DNA of 64,000 nucleotides from Lama guanicoe (taxonomy: Eukaryota), in contig MU053881.1 in NCBI GenBank assembly GCA_013239625.1, forward strand, positions 15,306,373 to 15,370,372, written 5' to 3'. Position 1 is the first letter of the stretch. Each line of letters starts with the position of its first letter. Positions 55,601-63,915 of this stretch are shown in pieces. The notes below the pieces were generated by a model, which was not told the DNA's origin, searched no databases, and saw only the letters and a list, made by a program, of their open reading frames with translations. The position numbers and the translations under genes were made by a program.

Positions 55601-58600
55601 CCTACCCCAGCTATCTGCGACCAGTGGGGTGACCCCTAGCCTACCCCAGCTATCTGTGACCGGTGGGGTGACCCCCAGCCTAGCCCAGCCATCTACGACC
55701 AGTGGGGTCACTCCCAGCCTAGCCCAGCCACCTGTGACCGGTGGGGTGACCCCCAGCCTAGCCCAGCCATCTATGACCGGTGGAGTGACTCCCAGCCAAG
55801 CTCAGCCACCTGCGACCAGTGGGGTGACCCCTAGCCTAACCCAGCTATCTGTGACCAATGGGGTGACCCCCAGCCTAGTCCAGCCATCTATGACCGGTGG
55901 AGTGACTCCCAGCCAAGCTCAGCCACCTGCGACCAGTGGGGTGACCCCTAGCCTAACCCAGCTATCTGTGACCAATGGGGTGACCCCCAGCCTAGTCCAG
56001 CCATCTATGACCGGTGGAGTCACTCCCAGCCTAGCCCAGCCACCTGTGACCGGTGGGGTGACCCCCAGCCTAGACCAGCCATCTATGACCAGTGGGGTGA
56101 CCCCCAGCCTAGCCCAGCCACCTGTAACTGGTGGGATTGCCTCCAGCCTAGGCCAGACATCTATGATCAGTAGAGTGGCCCCCAGCCTTGCCCACCCAGC
56201 TATGACCAGCGAGATAACTCCCAGCCTAGCCCAGCCACATAAGACCAGTAGAGTGGACCTTAGCCTAGGTCAACCATCAATGGCTGCTGGTGTAACTCCA
56301 AGCACATTCCAGCCATCCATGAGAGATGGGATGACCCCAAGCCTAGCCCAGCCATCTGTGCCTGGTGGGGTGGCCCCCAGCTTAGCACAGACATTTATGA
56401 CTGGGGGGGTTGTCCCCAACCTAGGCCAGACATCTAGGGTTGGTGGGGTGGCCCCCACTCTGGCCCAGTCATCTATGACCATTGGGGTCACCCCTAGCCT
56501 AGGCCAGCCATCTTTGACCATTGGGATGACCCCCTGCCTAGCCCAGCCATCCTTTGCTGGTGGGGTGGCTCCTAGCTTAGGCCAGCCTTCTATGGCTTGT
56601 GTGGTGGTCCCCAGCCTAAGCCAGCCATCTTTGACCAGCGGTGCGGGTTGTGCACTCAGTCAGCCAAGTTGGGCCCCTAGGGTGGGTTCAAATCTACCAT
56701 CATCAAGGGTGAACGCAGTGGCTCCCACTCTGCGTCATTCATCATTTGCCATTGAAGTCACCTCATGTACACCGTATCCATCACTGACTAATGGCTTGGG
56801 CCAGGGTCTGAGCCAGCCAACCATGTCTACTAGGGTGGACCCACGTCAAGATCCTCTGATGGTTAGTGGGGTAGCCTCAAATCCCCAGGCCCCTGAGTTC
56901 AGCGAGATATCCCTTGGGTTTTATCAGCCACACAGTATTGGTGGAAGGCGCCCAAGCATAACTGAACAGTCTGCTGTCACAGTTTCAGCTCCAAATCTCT
57001 ACCAGGCATCTATTGCCAGTGGAGGGGACTCTTGTCTGGGCCAGGGAACCAGCATATCTCAGGGGATTCTGTTCCAGGGTATGGCTACAAGCATGTCCCA
57101 GGGCACCATGGCTGCTGGCACGCTCCCGGGTGTGTCTCAGGGGACTCTGGCGGCTGGCATGTTTCTTAGTATGTCTCGAGTACCTATGTCTCCTGGCATG
57201 AGCAGGAGTATGTGCCGGAGAAGCGTGGCAACTGGTAATGGCCCAAGACAATCTCAAGGGGCCAGGGGCATGGCTCCCCTCACATCCCGGGCCTCACTGG
57301 CTAGTGCCCCTTTGATTCATCAACCAGTCTCAGGGGTGTGCCCTGGCTTTTCTCAGGCTTCAGTGCCCAGTGGACTGGATATGAGTTTGTCCAAGTTTTC
57401 CCTGAGTAGTGTGAGTCCCAGTATGTCTCAGGTCAATGTTAGTCTCCCAATACCTTTGGACCACCAGTGTACTTCTGTGTCCACAATCTCCACATCCAGT
57501 TATCAACAAGCACACGCTGGCAGTCAGCAGCCTGGGATGGGCATAGCCAGAGGTTTGGTGCCAGGTTCTGTAGCTGGTAGGATTTCCACGGCTGTGGCCC
57601 CAGGTTCTATGGCTAAGGGCGTGGCCCCCAGCCTTCCACCAGGTTATATGATCAATGGTGTGGTTCAGACCCTCCTTCCAGGGTCTGTGATCTGTGGCAT
57701 AGGCCAGGGCCCCCCTCCAGGGTCTGTGATCAGTGGCATGGGCCAGGGCCCCCCTCCAGGGCCTGTGATCAGTGGCATAGGCCAGGGCCCCCCTCCAGGG
57801 CCTGTGGTCAGTGGCATAGGCCAGGGCCTCCCTCCAGGGTCTGTGATCAGTGGCATAGGCCAGGGCCCCCCTCCAGGGTCTGTGATCTGTGGCATGGGCC
57901 AGGGCCTCCCTCCAGGGCCTGTGATCAATGGCATGGGCCAGGGCCCCCCTCCACGGCCTGTGATCGGTGGCATGGGCCAGGGCTTCCCTCCAGGGTCTGT
58001 GGCCAATGGCATGGCCAGAACGCTGTCTCCAAGTTCCGTGGTGACTGGGGTGTCCCCTAGTCCGATTGCAGCCTCTGGTGCTGGTGGGAAGAGGCAAGGT
58101 CTCTCTGTAAGACCCTCAGCCAGTCTAACTGCTCCAAACCTGCTCCTAGGTTCAGCAGCAAGTGGGGTGGGCCCAGGTAGCCCACCTGGTCTTGTGGCCT
58201 CTAGTGTGGCCCCATCATCTATGAATCAGAGCCTGGTTCTGGGGCCCATGGCTAGTGCAGCTGGTCCACCCTCCACAGCCGGAAGCATGGCCCAGGGCCT
58301 TCCCCACGGGTCCCTGCTGATTGGGATCACCCCCCGTCCATATCATGGGATCCTGTCAGGGGAAGGTTCTACAGCCTCCTTCCAAGCATCCCATGCCACT
58401 GGCCTGGCTCAAGTTCATCCCCAGACCTTGGAAGCTAATGGCACAGCCAAGGGAGTGCACCAAGTGCCCACGGTTCTGCAAAAAGCCTCAGAGTTGAGCC
58501 AGGCTCTTGGGATGATGCCATTTGAGACCATAGGCAGACAGACAGTGATGAAGCCAGAGGACCTGGACAAGGTTCCGCCCCAGGAGTCAATATCCAGGAG

Positions 58601-60614
58601 GGGGTCTGAGGTACTTGAGGCAACCCCGTGGATATACCATAGTCCCCTGGCAACTGACATTGACTATGGCCATGACTTCCCTCCAGAGGACGAGACTCTT
58701 CCCAAAGGCCAGAGGCCGCTGTTGAAGGAGGTGGCTCCAAGCCAAGCTAAGTCTATGACCAGTGGCATGGCCTCTGTCCCTCCCCAGTCTCTGAGTTTTG
58801 CCAAGAACTCCATCGCCAGTGGTGGCACCCCAACCCTGCAGCAGAAGTCAGCAACCAGTTGGAGGGCCCCCAGTTCTCACTCTGTGGCTGCCAGCAGGGT
58901 CCCTGGTGTTCATCAGCAGGCATCGGTGCCTCACGTTGTGCCCCGGAGCCCCTCAGTGGCTCGTGTGGTGCCCCGGAGTCCCTCGGCTTATCAAAAGGCT
59001 TTGGTGGCTCACATTGTGCCCCGGAGCCCCTCAGTGGCTCACGTGCCCCAGAGCCACTCCCGTGGGATGATGGCTTCTGCTGTAGTCTCAAGGTCACCCA
59101 GGCTGGCCAGTTTGCACCCAGGGTCTGTGGCTGGGATGGGGACCCCAAGCACTTCTTGGAGGTCAGGGGCCACCAGTGTGGCCTCACATGTGCCACTTCA
59201 TCCACCCCTGGCTAGAAAGGTAGCGCCCCGTGGGTTCCAGAAGGAAGCCATCCCCAGCGCACTCCGGAAGCCAGTGTCTGGGGACCTGATTCAGAATGGC
59301 CACAGGTATCTTAGCCCTAGAAAATCCTACAGGTCCATGCATGGTATCCCTGTCCCACAGAGGCCAGAAAATTCTGTGGCAAGGATTGTGCCCTCCAATC
59401 AGGTGCAGGAGGATGCCTCCAAGTCCTCACAGGAAGTTCTTAAAAATTCCATAGGCGCACCAGTGGCCATAATGCCAATCATCCGCACCGGTGAGGTGTC
59501 ACACCGCACAGCCATCCCTAGGCTGAACCTGGGGGCTCGGAGGGTGTCTCTGGGCTATGAGTCTTCACCGAGTGGTTCTCTGCGACCCCTTTTTAACCAG
59601 AAGTTGCTGCTGGGATCTCAGGACTCCCATAGCTCTGTGGCTCCTGTAGACAGTCACAGGGCCTCCCTGACTCCCACTGTACTCCAGGGCCCTAAGGACG
59701 CTGGCGTATCTGGTGGCCAAGCGTGGAACTCCGTCGTCCCCAGTGTAGCGGTTGGGCGCAGGAACAGCACCGTGGCCCCTTGTGGTGTGTGGGAGCCACC
59801 CAGGGACGCTGTGCCATGGGATGCCATGGGCAGCAAAGTGGCAGTGGATCCCAGACAGCCAGGGGAGCTGGTGGCGTCAGTGCAGGCTGTGGAGAAGATA
59901 ATCATCAATGCCGTGGTCATCATCCAGGCATGTACACGAGGCTACCTGGTGCGCCGTACCATCAAGATTTGGCACCAGTGGGCCATCATCATCCAGGCTG
60001 CCTGGCGTGGCTACTGTGTGCGGCGGGACCTGGCCCGGCTCTGCAGGGCTGTCACAATAATCCAGGCTGCATGGCGAGGCTTCTGTACCCGCCGGAGTCA
60101 TGCTCAGCAAATGCTGCTCCCAAGCGTGTGGGCAGAGGTGGGCGCCAGGGCCAGGTCTACATCTGACCACCGCTGCTTCCAGTCCTGCCAGCCACATGAC
60201 TGTACCCTCTGCCGGTCACTGAGCTCCGGGCTGGGGAGCCCACCCAGTGTGGTGATGCTTGTGGGATCCAGCCCCCGCACGTGCCACATGTGTGGCCATA
60301 CTCTGCCCACGAGAGTGGTGCACGGCGTGGGCCGGGGTGCTGCGGTCCAGGCTGTCATGCCTCGGAGCTGCATTACCCAGTCAACACCTCGGAGTCCCCG
60401 CCAACCCCATCCCCCGAACAAGGCAGCCACGGCCATCCAGTCTGCCTGGAGGGGCTTCACTGTACGCCGCCGGCTGAAGCAGCAGCAGCTAGCAGCCAAG
60501 ACCCTTCAAGCCACCTGGCGCGGCCACTCCACCCGGGCCTCCCTCACCACGGATGCGCTTTTGGGATCGGCGATGTGGGACAACTCGCGGCACACGCAGT
60601 GGCCTGGCGTCTAG
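49635..60614 (+). CDS. IQCN: IQ motif-containing protein N (KIAA1683): continuous 3659-aa ORF, or 1541 aa if 53334-59687 is spliced out
   Basis: N-terminal RLRAVVESQAFKNVLVDEMDMM...AATLIQANWRGY and C-terminal IQ motifs (IQACTRGY, IQAAWRGY, IQAAWRGF, IQSAWRGF, LQATWRGH), ending SRHTQWPGV*. ATG has A at -3. Lies downstream of JUND as in human. Confidence 0.9.
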   Translation: MQQATQLQVPPSGQSSHQPIPNLQDKAGMLCPQLQMSPSGQSSYQPIPKLQDKVGTPRPQPQHQPPASKETLLQQPDKDKTVARHIPRLRAVVESQAFKNVLVDEMDMMLSRAATLIQANWRGYRLRQKLISQMMAAKAIQEAWRRFNTRRLLRSGKTVEKRVKMEERDIPYHPPQQVRFQHPEEGKSLLAPPIMLSKETQFPSSDSLATYSEQLALLQSQGMSQPGVQATCAVGGPSVTFLPHQAVAIKLPCPVSLEAKCHPCLLTGTVRSSCVVRVEGDTTKTKPVTSRANKAEATGPPPSGRYAQAVHGQLKTQTQAHMEAEVFKAPPQTGPTSVITKTPPQPVPTMTVTKTPLQMYPAARITKTPLQPCPVPMVTITKTPLQVHLAAPVTKTPAQTYPAATVTKTPLQSCLAAMMNKIPPQPCPAPMVTITKTPPQVYPAAPVAKTPPQTYPPAMMTKTPLQSCLAAMMNKIQSQPCPAPAITITKTPPQPCPVTPMTKTPVQMRPTASVTNTSPQTRPAAVMTKIPPQLCLLASMIKSPPQTRPTATMTKTPPQTCTVPMMAKTPPQMRPAATMTKTPLQTCQAATMAKTPSHQMLQGGSVTKAPPQTRLAAMITKTPAQLRSVATILRTLCLPPPAAAENPKPSLSAAAAAGIPDTSSHTCLSGPKTKAVGNTRQAAGVVKVSSRSYLTEGKVKYFSPSHLGAGAPKVPAKPPLEGEKIKAFSQKQVKMETVSDTSVAMEIPGALSWAKVAEDRNKQAHLRADIMKIQSRVYAPVETAVVPQAQLDTCPARVSPPAQPGPCSTTISSQRHLLAELTRALPQAHLGTCLSKPLSQAYLSTKLTKAPSQGYPPSPAELTAAPAQPHLVTCLSKVQSEAHLPAKLTKAQSQAHLVTGAIKIQSQAHLPAGLTKAQSQAQLVTETAKCLHAAHQAAELSSKTQSQPLLIGFKASTQPCQHISALGTLPRAKPEDRLTQLPSHSHVQAKATQGPCQGVSETQNVLVPLLASAGHTTCNVESWGDSGATRAQPSMTSSAPPCQEELAASQLASLCAELAAVLGSQEDLRALLAKALSQGEVRAALNQALSKEVLGATMAKALPQGILGTALVKALSWGELGTTLSRALSQGELRAELTKAIQGRLADVLSKALTEEERATFNQALCQGELGAVLSQSLSQAALRSGVVLPKASSKTAGSRMTVMPTPVEVDYRGSPSAAWGPTLGSMRLQPGKVRVPWGGVWEGFVTNWPSGLLGEMGDGAMLLGSPCSSVVSVGALLTGKVVTTIHQYSLLAALDPTLSWEMGPSSDSLNLSSGVNEENVCLHPGASKLASDLNPVLSDMDPNLPKSPHQHPPCSLWQPLTANGVGPSTSRPSLAGGGMTPSSHNPPEVSTVAPRPWVSSREGRVAPAKLPRTTGGRRATHSHQCAAASGGSACWCQPSGVGRVPPGMCQPLVAKGPQQPSMVPKEILQRTQSPSHRRASMGTREMTNKVTPSPPRATTVTKVPLIQPQAPKACVITPGLRPDSMAPGHHWALKTQVDPCVFQASPGKRLALTLPCVAISRQEKNQTRGTISSGRCPPELVTNHILKELVASLPQGSDSDLARSFSQGSTGYGPNVSNSQSSLRSCSSLSLSTMSVASLTTVNLVEGESWEASLDKDFHQDAGLSGEAGEKSQVPGNMEEIERAGVGHVTLNLHDQSSGASELIPILHHSSVSSRMTLSVHWGSDDWDEGNMSSGQSSMDLRESLSQKSYRAGLTRSLSLNNVVPTAYQWSSVASRLTPCLSQPTIASKVAPNPSQPSMASRVIPSLSELSMASKMTPSLGVPSKTNRVDLCLAQPCRVSGVAISLGQPPVICEVAPSLAQSLMTCEVAPSFAQPLMAGGVALSLGQPPVICEVAPSLPQLSMTDEVAPSFAQPLMAGGVAPSLAQPSMTGGVTPSLAQTSVTSGVTPSLAQPPATGGVTPSLAQTSMTGGVTPSQAQPSATSGVTPSLPQLSATSGVTPSLPQLSVTGGVTPSLAQPSTTSGVTPSLAQPPVTGGVTPSLAQPSMTGGVTPSQAQPPATSGVTPSLTQLSVTNGVTPSLVQPSMTGGVTPSQAQPPATSGVTPSLTQLSVTNGVTPSLVQPSMTGGVTPSLAQPPVTGGVTPSLDQPSMTSGVTPSLAQPPVTGGIASSLGQTSMISRVAPSLAHPAMTSEITPSLAQPHKTSRVDLSLGQPSMAAGVTPSTFQPSMRDGMTPSLAQPSVPGGVAPSLAQTFMTGGVVPNLGQTSRVGGVAPTLAQSSMTIGVTPSLGQPSLTIGMTPCLAQPSFAGGVAPSLGQPSMACVVVPSLSQPSLTSGAGCALSQPSWAPRVGSNLPSSRVNAVAPTLRHSSFAIEVTSCTPYPSLTNGLGQGLSQPTMSTRVDPRQDPLMVSGVASNPQAPEFSEISLGFYQPHSIGGRRPSITEQSAVTVSAPNLYQASIASGGDSCLGQGTSISQGILFQGMATSMSQGTMAAGTLPGVSQGTLAAGMFLSMSRVPMSPGMSRSMCRRSVATGNGPRQSQGARGMAPLTSRASLASAPLIHQPVSGVCPGFSQASVPSGLDMSLSKFSLSSVSPSMSQVNVSLPIPLDHQCTSVSTISTSSYQQAHAGSQQPGMGIARGLVPGSVAGRISTAVAPGSMAKGVAPSLPPGYMINGVVQTLLPGSVICGIGQGPPPGSVISGMGQGPPPGPVISGIGQGPPPGPVVSGIGQGLPPGSVISGIGQGPPPGSVICGMGQGLPPGPVINGMGQGPPPRPVIGGMGQGFPPGSVANGMARTLSPSSVVTGVSPSPIAASGAGGKRQGLSVRPSASLTAPNLLLGSAASGVGPGSPPGLVASSVAPSSMNQSLVLGPMASAAGPPSTAGSMAQGLPHGSLLIGITPRPYHGILSGEGSTASFQASHATGLAQVHPQTLEANGTAKGVHQVPTVLQKASELSQALGMMPFETIGRQTVMKPEDLDKVPPQESISRRGSEVLEATPWIYHSPLATDIDYGHDFPPEDETLPKGQRPLLKEVAPSQAKSMTSGMASVPPQSLSFAKNSIASGGTPTLQQKSATSWRAPSSHSVAASRVPGVHQQASVPHVVPRSPSVARVVPRSPSAYQKALVAHIVPRSPSVAHVPQSHSRGMMASAVVSRSPRLASLHPGSVAGMGTPSTSWRSGATSVASHVPLHPPLARKVAPRGFQKEAIPSALRKPVSGDLIQNGHRYLSPRKSYRSMHGIPVPQRPENSVARIVPSNQVQEDASKSSQEVLKNSIGAPVAIMPIIRTGEVSHRTAIPRLNLGARRVSLGYESSPSGSLRPLFNQKLLLGSQDSHSSVAPVDSHRASLTPTVLQGPKDAGVSGGQAWNSVVPSVAVGRRNSTVAPCGVWEPPRDAVPWDAMGSKVAVDPRQPGELVASVQAVEKIIINAVVIIQACTRGYLVRRTIKIWHQWAIIIQAAWRGYCVRRDLARLCRAVTIIQAAWRGFCTRRSHAQQMLLPSVWAEVGARARSTSDHRCFQSCQPHDCTLCRSLSSGLGSPPSVVMLVGSSPRTCHMCGHTLPTRVVHGVGRGAAVQAVMPRSCITQSTPRSPRQPHPPNKAATAIQSAWRGFTVRRRLKQQQLAAKTLQATWRGHSTRASLTTDALLGSAMWDNSRHTQWPGV
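50620..51510 (+). repeat. Coding tandem array of TKTPPQ repeats, ~39-bp (13-aa) period
   Basis: Recurrent accaagaccccaccccag; e.g. TKTPPQTCTVPMM/AKTPPQMRPAATM/TKTPLQTCQAATM. Confidence 0.85.
54950..56640 (+). repeat. Coding minisatellite, 39-bp unit (GVTPSLAQPSMTG)
   Basis: About 40 degenerate copies of ggggtgacccccagcctagcccagccatctatgaccggt; homogeneous core ~55390-56140. Confidence 0.92.
57610..58020 (+). repeat. Coding minisatellite, 39-bp unit (GQGPPPGSVISGM)
   Basis: About 8 near-perfect copies of ggccagggcccccctccagggtctgtgatcagtggcatg plus degenerate flanks. Confidence 0.92.
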
Positions 60615-60676
60615 GACCTTGGCTTCCTAGTCGGGGGACACCAGGGGAGGGGCCGTGTGGCTCTCTGTGTCTAATG

Positions 60677-60682
60677 AATAAA
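60677..60682 (+). terminator. IQCN: IQCN polyadenylation signal AATAAA
   Basis: AATAAA ~60 nt after the TAG, with GT-rich sequence downstream. Confidence 0.8.
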
Positions 60683-61439
60683 GCCCTCCACAGCCTGGGT
60701 CTTGGTCCAGTTGTGCTTATGGGGGCATCTTGGGCATGGTGTGGGGGGAAATTAGGGGAATCTGGAACATCCTGTACAGGAGGGGCCTCCCAACTTCCAA
60801 CCATGCAGTTGGCACCTGGGGTCTATTGCTAGGGTGGGAACCCTAAGCCTTTCCCAGAGGTCATGGCTGCCAGCGTGGCCTCACATGTCCCATCGTGTCC
60901 ATCCATGGCTCATGGGATAGCGTCCAGTCAGTTCCAGATGGAAGCCACCCCCAGGGCACTCCAGAAGCCAGTATCTGGGGACCTGGCCTACAAGGACCAC
61001 CATGAGTCTCTTGGCCATAGAAAACCCAACAGGTGCATGCATGGGTGCCTCATTTGGGAAATGCTAGAGGTCTCCTGACTCGGGATGCTGGGCCCACCCC
61101 CAAGGAGCCGCCGTCTGGGTGAGAGAGACGGACACAGACGTCCCCAGCCGGTGGGGTCAGGGACAGGGCAGAGATGTAAGGAGGAGGTTTGGGGGCACCC
61201 GGAGGGGACAGCCTGGCCAAGAGGAGGAGCAGAGGGGGTGACAGCATGGGTTTGGGGCAGCTATGGAGGAGGCCATGGAGTGGTGGGGGCTCCAGGGGAG
61301 AACGGGAAATAGAAGGGGCAGGGGACAAGCAGAGTGTAAAGCCTCAGGGTCTTAAACCAGACGGGTTTGTTAGAAGTGGGGGGTGGGGTCCAGGTGGAGG
61401 AGGGGGTCAGAAATGTCACCCCTGGTGAACAGTAGCGCT

Positions 61440-61585
61440 CCCCAGAGGCCCTGCGTCCTGAGGCCCCGCCTCCGCCTCTCCCCGAGTAGCCCCGCACGCC
61501 GCCAGCAGGGGGCGCGCACGTGTAAAGAGCAGTCACCCGGCCACACACCTGTACAGAGCGCGCCGTCCCCACTCCCTACGCCGGA
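61440..61585 (+). promoter_or_regulatory. GC-rich promoter with CTCF-consensus motif and E-box
   Basis: CCAGCAGGGGGCGC at 61502-61515 (CTCF core), CACGTG at 61517-61522, GC boxes, just upstream of ATG 61586. Confidence 0.65.
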
Positions 61586-61694
61586 ATGGCTGGCTCCCAG
61601 CTGCCGCCACCGCTTCTGCTGCTGGCTTTGCTATTGCTGCTGCTGCCGAAAACTTCTAGTACGACTCTCAGTCCTCACACTGTCACCTCTACAG
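61586..61694 (+). CDS. CIST1: Exon 1 of a signal-peptide protein, probably CIST1 (colon, intestine and stomach enriched 1)
   Basis: MAGSQLPPPLLLLALLLLLLPKTSSTTLSPHTVTST: Leu-rich hydrophobic leader, good Kozak (ggaATGG), donor ACAG|gtaaga at 61695, CpG-rich promoter. The gene name rests on recalled synteny only. Confidence 0.7.
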
Positions 61695-62870
61695 GTAAGA
61701 ACAGGAAAGAAACAGCCACGGCTTTCAGGAAGCTGAGCATATGGCCTAGCCACACACCTGTCGTCTGGATTCCTCCCTCAGGCCACGCTGATGGGCCAGC
61801 CTCCCCCCCCTCCCCAAAAAGGGTTGCTCCTTCTCCCAGAAGCAAGGTGGGGAGGTCATGAGAACAGCTGGAGCACCACCCCCTCCACCCCCTACCCCAG
61901 CCCTGCTGAGGCTGCCTGTTCAACGAACCCCGGCATGACCTGAGCCAGTGAGAGGCTAGTGAGTGACAGCCTCATACCCAGTTTGAGATTCTGTTTCAAA
62001 CCTCAGTTTCTCTTAGCCAGCCCCCAAAGGGAGAAGGGTGAGGACTCCAGCACCATGAAGTGGGGAGGTGGGGAGAAGAGCTCACTTCCTGGTCACTGAG
62101 CATCTATGACTCCCAGGAGAAGTTCAGATGCCTGACTGAATTTCTTTCTGCTCCCCCATAAGACGGTTCCCAGTGTGGAGAAGAGTTGAACTTGCTGCAT
62201 CCACTCCCTAGCCCTTCCATCCCACCAAGTCATCATTCTCTTTGATCCATGTCCTAGCCCCAAACCTGGAATATTAGAGTGGAGGCCACCATGCCTGAGA
62301 CTCTTACAGTGGACAAGGATTTCGCTCAGAAGGCACCATGTTTATCCCCATTTCATAGCTTAGGCACTGAGCTGAGATCTCCCAGCCTGTTGCTGGATCC
62401 AGATTAGAACCAGTTGACTTGGCTCATGCCAGCTTCCTGGTTTGGGAGTCTCTGGGCAAAGCAAACTCCTGGCCAAGTGCATAGAAACAGCCCCATTTTA
62501 CCTTCTGGTCAGCTCTCCAGAAGGCACTCAGCAGAGCTTGTGTCCACCACCACCTCCTCTTTCCAGGCCCACTAGTTTTTCTTCAGTTCCTTTAAAAGTT
62601 CAGCTCCCCAGAGTTCTGGTTTGGCTTGGGATCCACTGTGGCCCCTGAGTCCTCTTCATTTCAGCAGAAACCTCTTGTCATCTGGATTCCTCCTCAAATG
62701 ATGGTAAGAGGAAGTTTGGGGAGGCTGGACTCTTAGTCCTTGACTCTTCGGAGGTCTCTGAGAGGCCCTCTTCCCACCTCCCAGTCACCTGGGACCAGAC
62801 CCTCTACTATTCTGAGCTTCAGCTCCCCATCTATAAAATGGGGGTGAGGTAAGGCCAGCGCACCATGCCT

Positions 62871-62975
62871 CCTTTTTTTTCGGGGGAGGATCAGGTTTAT
62901 TTTTAAGTTTTTTAATAGCGGTAGTGGGGATTGAACCCAGGACCTCTACCAGTGAGCTACACACTCCCCCCACCC
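62871..62975 (-). mobile_element. Internally deleted SINE
   Basis: ggggattgaacccaggacctctaccagtgagctac with a T-rich tail. Confidence 0.65.
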
Positions 62976-63915
62976 CCACCATGCCTCTTTTGATTCATCT
63001 GTTATTCCCAAAGGGCCTGGGAAACTGGACAGAGAAATAGGGGTCTACATGTGGACCCAGCCCTGTCCTGGGGCCAGAACTGGGTATTATTTCCGCATTT
63101 CTGCTGCTTGGGGTGAGGCGAGGAGGAAGCACAAAGATTGACCCAGGGTGGAGTGGGTAGGGTGGGGCAAGGAGTGGTTGATGAATGAATTTGCAAGTAG
63201 CTGAGGTGTCCAGCAGCAGGGAAGGAAGTAATTGCGGGAGATGGCCCATGAAATCTTTACTCACCCTCAACCTGGCCCCTGGGCCTGGTGTCTAGGATGG
63301 AGTAGGGACTAAGGAGCAGCTGGAGCAAGGGAGTGGGGGTTCCAGAGCCTTGATCTGCTGGCTGTTCCTAGAGCCCTAGAGCTCTGTGCTCCCATGAAAA
63401 CTCTGAGTTTAGCCATGGGGGACCTTCCAGGTACCTGGGGAAGAAGATAAGGGTGGATTCTCCCTGGATGCTCAGATGTGGATCTGTGCCACCCAACATT
63501 ATTATGTGCCAGACCTGTGTGAACTCTCAGGGACTCTGACTTCCTGTGATGTCCATTTTACAGACAAGGAAACTGAGTCCCAGAAGGTTTAAAAGAGCTG
63601 TCCAGCATGCTGCCTGGGTTGAACTGTTCCCTATATCCAGAGGGCTTCTAGAGCCCTAAAGCAAGAGGAGGGGGCAGGGAGGGTCCAACCTGGATTGGAA
63701 CCCTGACTGTGGGACTTCGGATAAGGAACTTGACAGGGCACCTCATTTTCTGAGCACCGACATGGTGCACTAAGTCCTCCAAGTCTCCTTAAACAGTGGG
63801 TGTTGATTATCTGGCATAATGGGGGAAGAGCATCCAGAGGGGGGTTGGGGCCAGGGTTGCACACCCTCATTCCTAATCATCTGCTCCCTGCACCCTGATG
63901 GTATCTTCTTTCCAG

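Larger units (their letters stand above)
53334..59687 (+). other. IQCN: Frame-preserving, stop-free GT..AG segment inside IQCN (candidate exitron or retained intron, 6354 nt = 2118 codons)
   Basis: Donor GGCAAG|gtcagg, phase 0 relative to 49635. Branch-like ctgac at 59667-59671, pyrimidine tract and ccag|GGCCCT acceptor. Splicing joins LQPGK to GPKDAG, like the human junction I recall (PQTSK|GPADAG). Confidence 0.75.

Noticed and set aside
55390..56140. Regularly spaced repeats superficially like a CRISPR array
   Set aside because: Head-to-tail units without unique spacers, in mammalian DNA with no cas genes; this is a coding minisatellite.
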